Source: Chloroflexota bacterium (GTDB lineage: Bacteria; Chloroflexota; Dehalococcoidia; UBA2979). Taken from it: 64,000 nt of DNA. The position numbers and the translations under genes were made by a program. The notes below the pieces were generated by a model. That model ran no database searches and was not told where the DNA came from. It was given only the letters and a program-made list of their open reading frames with translations. Positions 59,039-64,000 of this stretch are shown piece after piece; the first letter of the stretch is position 1, and each line of letters starts with the position of its first letter. The DNA is taken from positions 77,844 through 141,843 of the forward strand of contig JAQCIU010000003.1 of the NCBI GenBank assembly GCA_027593235.1, in the 5' to 3' direction.

Positions 59039-59865
59039 GTTCGAACGATCGGGACCTCGTGATCCAGCAGGCGGTGAGCGAGCGCTACGGCGGGATCGCC
59101 GAGAAGCAACTCGCCTCGCAGACGACGCCGCCCAGCAGCGTGCAGTTCGCGATGGCGGCGCCTACCGCCGATGCAGCGTGTTGCGACGACGACTGTTGCA
59201 GCGACGGGTCCGCTTCCGCGTCCGCCGAGGAGATCAAGCACGCGGTCCAGCTCTACACGGACGCTGAGTCACTGGCCTCGGTGCCGGAGGGGGCGGTGAA
59301 CGCGTCGCTCGGGTGCGGGAACCCGGTGGCGATCGCGGAGCTGAGCGCGGGCGAGCGTGTGCTCGACCTCGGTTCGGGCGGCGGGATCGACTGCTTCATC
59401 GCCTCGAAGCAGGTCGGCGAGTCGGGCGAGGTGTGGGGGCTGGATATGACCCCGCAGATGATTCGACTGGCGCGGCGGAACGCGGAGCAGGTTGACGCCT
59501 CGAACGTCCAGTTTCGCCTCGGTGAGATCGAGGACATGCCGTTCGATGAGGGCTACTTCGACGCGATCATTTCGAACTGCGTGATCAACCTGTCGACGGA
59601 CAAGGCGCAGGTGTTCCGCGAGGCGTTCCGGGTGCTGAAGCCGGGCGGCCGGCTGCGCGTGTCGGACATCGTCTGGACGAAGGACGTGCCACTCGAGGAG
59701 CGCGGCGACGCGGAGTCGTGGGCCGGCTGCATCGCCGGGGCGCTGCCGCTGACGGAGTACCTCGGAGGTATCGAGGCGGCGGGGTTCCTCGAGGCGAAGG
59801 CTGACTACGAGGAGAACGAGCGCGGGATCGCCTCGGCGTACGTGACGGCGGTGAAGCCGGCGTAG
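59035..59865 (+). CDS. arsM: arsenite methyltransferase
   Basis: [41 protein letters not shown]; ATGA overlap with PadR. Confidence 0.9.
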   Translation: MSSNDRDLVIQQAVSERYGGIAEKQLASQTTPPSSVQFAMAAPTADAACCDDDCCSDGSASASAEEIKHAVQLYTDAESLASVPEGAVNASLGCGNPVAIAELSAGERVLDLGSGGGIDCFIASKQVGESGEVWGLDMTPQMIRLARRNAEQVDASNVQFRLGEIEDMPFDEGYFDAIISNCVINLSTDKAQVFREAFRVLKPGGRLRVSDIVWTKDVPLEERGDAESWAGCIAGALPLTEYLGGIEAAGFLEAKADYEENERGIASAYVTAVKPA

Positions 59866-59893
59866 CGGGTACCTCGGAAGCACCGCGTACGAG

Positions 59894-59918
59894 GAAGGCC
59901 GCCCAACGGGCGGCCTTC
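59894..59918 (+). terminator. hairpin after arsM
   Basis: GAAGGCCGCCC-AAC-GGGCGGCCTTC followed by TGATTT. Confidence 0.65.
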
Positions 59919-59978
59919 TGATTTGGTGCGACCGCGTGTCGCGCGCCGTCGGGTTCGGTCGGTTCGCGGCGGGGCGTA

Positions 59979-60041
59979 ATACTGAACGGGTGACTTGACT
60001 ATTGAATCGTGAAAGATATAGTCAAGTCCATGCTTCAGTAT
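59979..60041 (+). promoter_or_regulatory. leaderless promoter with tandem operators for ArsR-DHFR-SRPBCC operon
   Basis: TTGACT-N16-TATAGT-N7-ATG(60030); inverted arms ATACTGAA..GACTTGACTAT / ATAGTCAAGTC..TTCAGTAT. Confidence 0.75.
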
Positions 60042-60383
60042 CAGGAACAGGCCGGTCCGGTGTTCCGGGCACTCGCGGACGACAACCGGCGTGCGATCCT
60101 CGCGCGGTTGAGTGAGGGGCCGGCGACCGTCTCGGAGTTGGCTGAACCGCTCACGATCTCCCTTGCGGCGACCGTCCAGCATGTTCAGTCGCTCGAGCGA
60201 GTGGGTCTCCTCACGTCCGATAAGGAGGGCCGGAGCCGCACGTGCCGGCTCAAGCCGGAGGGGCTCGTGCCGATCGAGCAGTGGATCAGCGAGAACAAGG
60301 CGTTGTGGGAGCGGCGGTTGGACCGGTTCAGCGACGCCCTCGAGCGCGCTGCGGCGAAGAACGTCGAGGGCGATTCGAGCTGA
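60030..60383 (+). CDS. ArsR/SmtB family transcriptional regulator
   Basis: VFRALADDNRR, VSELAEPL, QHVQSLE..GL, KEGRSR. Confidence 0.92.
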   Translation: MLQYQEQAGPVFRALADDNRRAILARLSEGPATVSELAEPLTISLAATVQHVQSLERVGLLTSDKEGRSRTCRLKPEGLVPIEQWISENKALWERRLDRFSDALERAAAKNVEGDSS

Positions 60384-60494
60384 CCTCGCCGTCGGGCGCT
60401 GAGGACGACGTGATCGATTGCTGCTCGGAAGCGTCGTCCATTCGCACGAAGCGCAGCCACGAACACCACGAGCACTACACACAGGGAGGCGACT

Positions 60495-61154
60495 ATGCCC
60501 AAGACTCGAATCGACGGGTTCACCATTTCGCTCGACGGCTTTGGCGCCGGTCCGGGACAGACCCTCGAACAGCCGATGGGGATCGGCGCGGAGGCGCTGC
60601 ACGCGTGGCTGCTGGGCACGCGTACGTTCCAGGTCCAGGTACTCGGCGGGAGCGGAGGCGAGACCGGCCCGGATGACGACTTCGCCGCCCGCAGTTTCGA
60701 GGGCGTTGGGGCGTGGGTGATGGGGCGGAACATGTTCGCGCCCTCGCGTGGCCCGTGGGCGGACGACGACTGGCGAGGATGGTGGGGCGACGAGCCGCCA
60801 TATCACTGCGATGTCTTCGTGCTGACGAACCACGAGCGCGCGTCGATCGAGATGGATGGGGGCACGGTCTTCCATTTCGTCACGGAGGGCATTCACGCGG
60901 CGCTGGAACGTGCGAGGGCCTCGGCCGGTGAACTCGACGTGCGGATCGGTGGCGGCACCGAGACGGTCCAGCAGTACCTGCAGGCGGGTCTGATCGACCA
61001 GATGCACCTGGCTGTGAGCCCGATCCTCCTGGGTGCCGGGGAGCATTTGCTGGACGGGATCGACCTGGCGGCCTGCGGCCTGACACAGGTGGAGTACGTG
61101 CCGACCTCCGCTGCCGCGCACTACGTGCTCTCCCGGGGAGGGGCGACCGAGTGA
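60495..61154 (+). CDS. dihydrofolate reductase-like (RibD C-terminal) protein
   Basis: ISLDGFGAG, MGRNMF, WWGDEPPYH, IGGG, GLID; GGAGG RBS. Confidence 0.9.
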   Translation: MPKTRIDGFTISLDGFGAGPGQTLEQPMGIGAEALHAWLLGTRTFQVQVLGGSGGETGPDDDFAARSFEGVGAWVMGRNMFAPSRGPWADDDWRGWWGDEPPYHCDVFVLTNHERASIEMDGGTVFHFVTEGIHAALERARASAGELDVRIGGGTETVQQYLQAGLIDQMHLAVSPILLGAGEHLLDGIDLAACGLTQVEYVPTSAAAHYVLSRGGATE

Positions 61155-61672
61155 GCGAGGGCGGCGAGAGTGGGCCAATCGATCCGTCCCGGATCAATGA
61201 CCGCGAGCTGATCGTGACTCGTGTTCTGCCCGCAACCCCGGAGGTCACCTTCAGCTTCTGGACCGACCCCGCGCACATCTCCGATTGGTGGGGGCCGGAG
61301 GGCTTCACAACCACGACGCAGTCGATGGACCTGCGAACTGACGGGGAATGGCTGTTCACGATGCACGGGCCAGATGGTCAGGACTATGACAACCGGGTCG
61401 AGTTCAGCGAGGTGTCCCGACCGTCGCGCCTGACGTACCGACACCGCGGCCGAGACGCCCACGAGCCGATCAGCTTTCACGCCACGGTGACCTTCGCTCC
61501 TCTTGGTGAGCAAACGCTGCTCACGATGCGAATGGTGTTCGACACGCCGGAAGCGCTGGCCCGGGTTGAGGAGGCCAATGGCGCCTCAGTGGGGCAGCAT
61601 CAGACGCTGGCTCGATTCGCGGAGCGGCTCGCTGCCCACGTGCAGGCCGAGCGCGCGGGGCCAGCACGGTAG
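61151..61672 (+). CDS. SRPBCC/AHSA1-family protein
   Basis: WTDPAHISDWWGPEGF, MHGPDG; GTGA overlap. Confidence 0.9.
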   Translation: MSEGGESGPIDPSRINDRELIVTRVLPATPEVTFSFWTDPAHISDWWGPEGFTTTTQSMDLRTDGEWLFTMHGPDGQDYDNRVEFSEVSRPSRLTYRHRGRDAHEPISFHATVTFAPLGEQTLLTMRMVFDTPEALARVEEANGASVGQHQTLARFAERLAAHVQAERAGPAR

Positions 61673-61696
61673 ATCGCGATCCGTTCGATGCACCAA

Positions 61697-61722
61697 GAAG
61701 GCCGCCTCGATGGGCGGCCTTC
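61697..61722. terminator. hairpin between convergent genes
   Basis: GAAGGCCGCCT-CGAT-GGGCGGCCTTC. Confidence 0.65.
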
Positions 61723-61746
61723 CGTTTCAGTGGGTGCGCCGGCGGT

Positions 61747-62565
61747 TCAGGACGCGACGGGTTCGAGGATGCCCTCGATCTGGCCGAGCGCCAGCGTCAT
61801 GCCCTCTTCCATGCCCATGGCGACGAGTTGCTCCATCGCTTCGAGCGTGGGGAACCGCGACGCGATCACCATCTTGGTCCGGCCCGCGGTGGGGCTGGTG
61901 AGCTGGACGCGGGTCGTGGTCTGTGGGAGCTCCTCGTTCGCGACGCCGTTCTCATCGGCGAAGCCGTCGACGAACTCGAGCTGGTGGGGCGGGTCGACGG
62001 CGACGATGCGCCACCAGCCGTGGTGCTGGTCACCCTCGGGGCCGGTCATGAAGTAGGTGACACGACCGCCCGCAGTGAACTCGTGGGTGACGACGGTGGC
62101 CGGGTAGGTGGGCGGGCCCCACCAGCGCTCGAGCTGGCGCGGATCCGACCAGACCTGCCAGATGCGGAGTTCCCCGTCGGGGCGGAGGACGCGTCGGATC
62201 TCCTGGAGCGTTTCGGCCTGGCTCCGAACGGAGCAGAGCACGAGGGTGGAGACGACGGTGTCGAAGCTGGCGTCCGGGAAGCGGAGCGCCGCGGCCTCGG
62301 CGTGCTCGACGGTGATCGCGGCGGTGACGGACTCGGAGGCTGCCTCGGCGCGGGCGGACTTCAGCATGTGCTCGCTGTAGTCGGTGGCGATGACGCGCGC
62401 GGCGGCGGGGTAGTGGGCGAAGTTGGCGCCGAGACCGCAGCCGATCTCGAGGATGTCGCCGGTGAGGTCGCCGACCAGCTCGGCACGGATGCGCGCGGTG
62501 CCCGGGCGGGTGGCACGGTCGACCCGCCCATACATCCAGGCGAACCAGCGCTGGCCGATCGGCAT
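61747..62565 (-). CDS. chimeric class I SAM methyltransferase / SRPBCC ORF (probable deletion fusion)
   Basis: LEIGCGLG, FPDASFDTVVSTLVLCSV, RRVLRPDG, then directly RIWQVWSDPRQLERWWGPP SRPBCC sequence. Confidence 0.7.
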   Translation of the reverse strand: MPIGQRWFAWMYGRVDRATRPGTARIRAELVGDLTGDILEIGCGLGANFAHYPAAARVIATDYSEHMLKSARAEAASESVTAAITVEHAEAAALRFPDASFDTVVSTLVLCSVRSQAETLQEIRRVLRPDGELRIWQVWSDPRQLERWWGPPTYPATVVTHEFTAGGRVTYFMTGPEGDQHHGWWRIVAVDPPHQLEFVDGFADENGVANEELPQTTTRVQLTSPTAGRTKMVIASRFPTLEAMEQLVAMGMEEGMTLALGQIEGILEPVAS

Positions 62566-63869
62566 CAGCCGCCCGCCACGGTCCTGTCCAGAACGGTGAC
62601 GCATTCGATGTGCTGCGTGTGCGGGAACATGTCGACCGGCTGGACGTCGATCAGTTCGAAGCCGCCATCGACGAAGAGGCGCAGATCGCGCGCGAGCGTG
62701 GCGGGGTCGCAGCTCACGTAGACGACGCGCCGGGCGCGGGAGGCGATCATCGCCTTAATGGTGCTGCCTTCGAGGCCGGATCGTGGCGGGTCGATGATGA
62801 CGACGTCCGGCGACGGCTGCAGGCCAGGGAGTAACGACTCGACGCTGCCGACGAGCCGCTCGACATTCTCGAAGTCCTGGAGGTTGATCGAGGCGTCGCC
62901 GTCGGCGGCGACCGATGACTCGATGGTGATGACCTCACCGACCTCGGGAGCGAGCTGTGCGGCGAAGGTGCCGACGCCGGCATAGGCGTCCACAACGACG
63001 TTCGGTTGGGCCTCGAGGACGCGCTCGACGACGAGGCGGACGAGCAGTTCGGCCTGGCGGGTGTTGACCTGGAAGAAGGCGGCGGCAGAGATGCGGTAGT
63101 CCCGTTCGCCAAGCACCTCGTGATAGGTGCGCTGCCCGCTGGAGGGGCGGGAGCCGCGGGTACGCGGGCGCCATTCGAGGTGCGGCTGGATCAGGTAGTC
63201 ATCCGCTTGTTCGGCGACGCGGATGGAGACCTGGGCGGTCTGCATGGTGCGGTCCTGGATCCTCGCGAGGAGCGCGTTGGCCTGCTCGGAGGCGATCTCG
63301 CACTGATCGACGCGGAGGAAGCGGTGGGTGCCGCGCTGCATGAAGCCGACCTGGCCGTCACGGCGGACGGTGTAGCGCATGTGGTTGCGGTAGTGCCACG
63401 GGTCGTTCATGCCCAGCATCTCGAGGACGGTGGTTTCGAGCGCGGAGGCGTCGAAGTTACCGATCCGGGCGAGCTGTTCGCGGACGACGCCGGTCTTGAG
63501 ACGGAGCTGCTCCGGGTAATCGATGTGTTGGAGCTGGCAGCCGCCGCAGCGCCCGAAGTAGCCACAGGGGGCGTCGACGCGGTGCTCCGAGGAGCGCAGG
63601 ACGAGGACGGCCGTGGCCTCGATGTAGCCGGGGGCGTCGTTGGTGATTTCGGCGATCACGCGCTCGCCGGGGATGCCGTACTCCACGAAGACGACGCGAC
63701 CGTCCTCGGCGTGGCCGACGGCGCGGCCGCCGTTTGCGAAGCCGGTGAGGTCGAGTTCGATCGGGATGAGGGGACGGTTGTGGGCGCGGCTGTCCTTGCG
63801 GCGGCGTGCCTTGGGCACGGGCTCGGGCGGGACGGCTGTGGGGAGGCGCGGTTGTTCGGCGATGGTCAT
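62565..63869 (-). CDS. rlmD: 23S rRNA (uracil-C5)-methyltransferase, RlmD/TrmA family
   Basis: TRAM domain, C..F..CGGC Fe-S motif, FFQVN, DAYAGVG, DPPRSG, YVSCDPATLARD, DMFPHT.HIE; start ATG 63869. Confidence 0.92.
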   Translation of the reverse strand: MTIAEQPRLPTAVPPEPVPKARRRKDSRAHNRPLIPIELDLTGFANGGRAVGHAEDGRVVFVEYGIPGERVIAEITNDAPGYIEATAVLVLRSSEHRVDAPCGYFGRCGGCQLQHIDYPEQLRLKTGVVREQLARIGNFDASALETTVLEMLGMNDPWHYRNHMRYTVRRDGQVGFMQRGTHRFLRVDQCEIASEQANALLARIQDRTMQTAQVSIRVAEQADDYLIQPHLEWRPRTRGSRPSSGQRTYHEVLGERDYRISAAAFFQVNTRQAELLVRLVVERVLEAQPNVVVDAYAGVGTFAAQLAPEVGEVITIESSVAADGDASINLQDFENVERLVGSVESLLPGLQPSPDVVIIDPPRSGLEGSTIKAMIASRARRVVYVSCDPATLARDLRLFVDGGFELIDVQPVDMFPHTQHIECVTVLDRTVAGG

Positions 63870-64000
63870 GTCCCGATCGTACGGGGGGAATGGGCGTGAG
63901 ACGAACAGGTTATGCGTGGTGACACGGGGATCTCGGAGATATGGACGCGGGCTGGTCGCCCGCGGCTCTGTTCTTTTCCCACCCACCCGCCCTCGGGATC

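Overview
High-GC bacterial chromosomal segment, densely coding, with about 60 genes. I found no rRNA, tRNA, CRISPR array, integrase or transposase. The gene content (paralogous CaiB/BaiF CoA-transferases, SDRs, thiolase-like/OB-fold pair, F420-type LLM and PPOX proteins, LuxR-HTH+TM protein) suggests a heterotrophic Chloroflexota (Dehalococcoidia-like) genome; this is an inference. Contents: a two-component system, acyl-CoA catabolic genes including a 2-hydroxyacyl-CoA lyase, gltB, an ABC exporter, LiaI/LiaF-like genes, a PadR-arsM pair, two ArsR-SRPBCC modules and rlmD. Most notable: (1) a hidden thioredoxin-fold lipoprotein with an in-frame UGA in a UxxC motif and a SECIS-like hairpin (42381-42947), which the ORF track splits in two; (2) a translationally coupled operon of three membrane-anchored Rieske-fold paralogues that have lost their [2Fe-2S] ligands to different degrees (35774-37532); (3) a thioredoxin-Crp/Fnr in-frame fusion with a TAG inside the HTH domain; (4) a methyltransferase/SRPBCC chimera joined at a 9-nt microhomology; (5) a composite multi-hairpin repeat flanking a membrane cupredoxin gene; (6) frequent leaderless promoters and a candidate ATC start codon. 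All family assignments come from motif recognition, not database searches.
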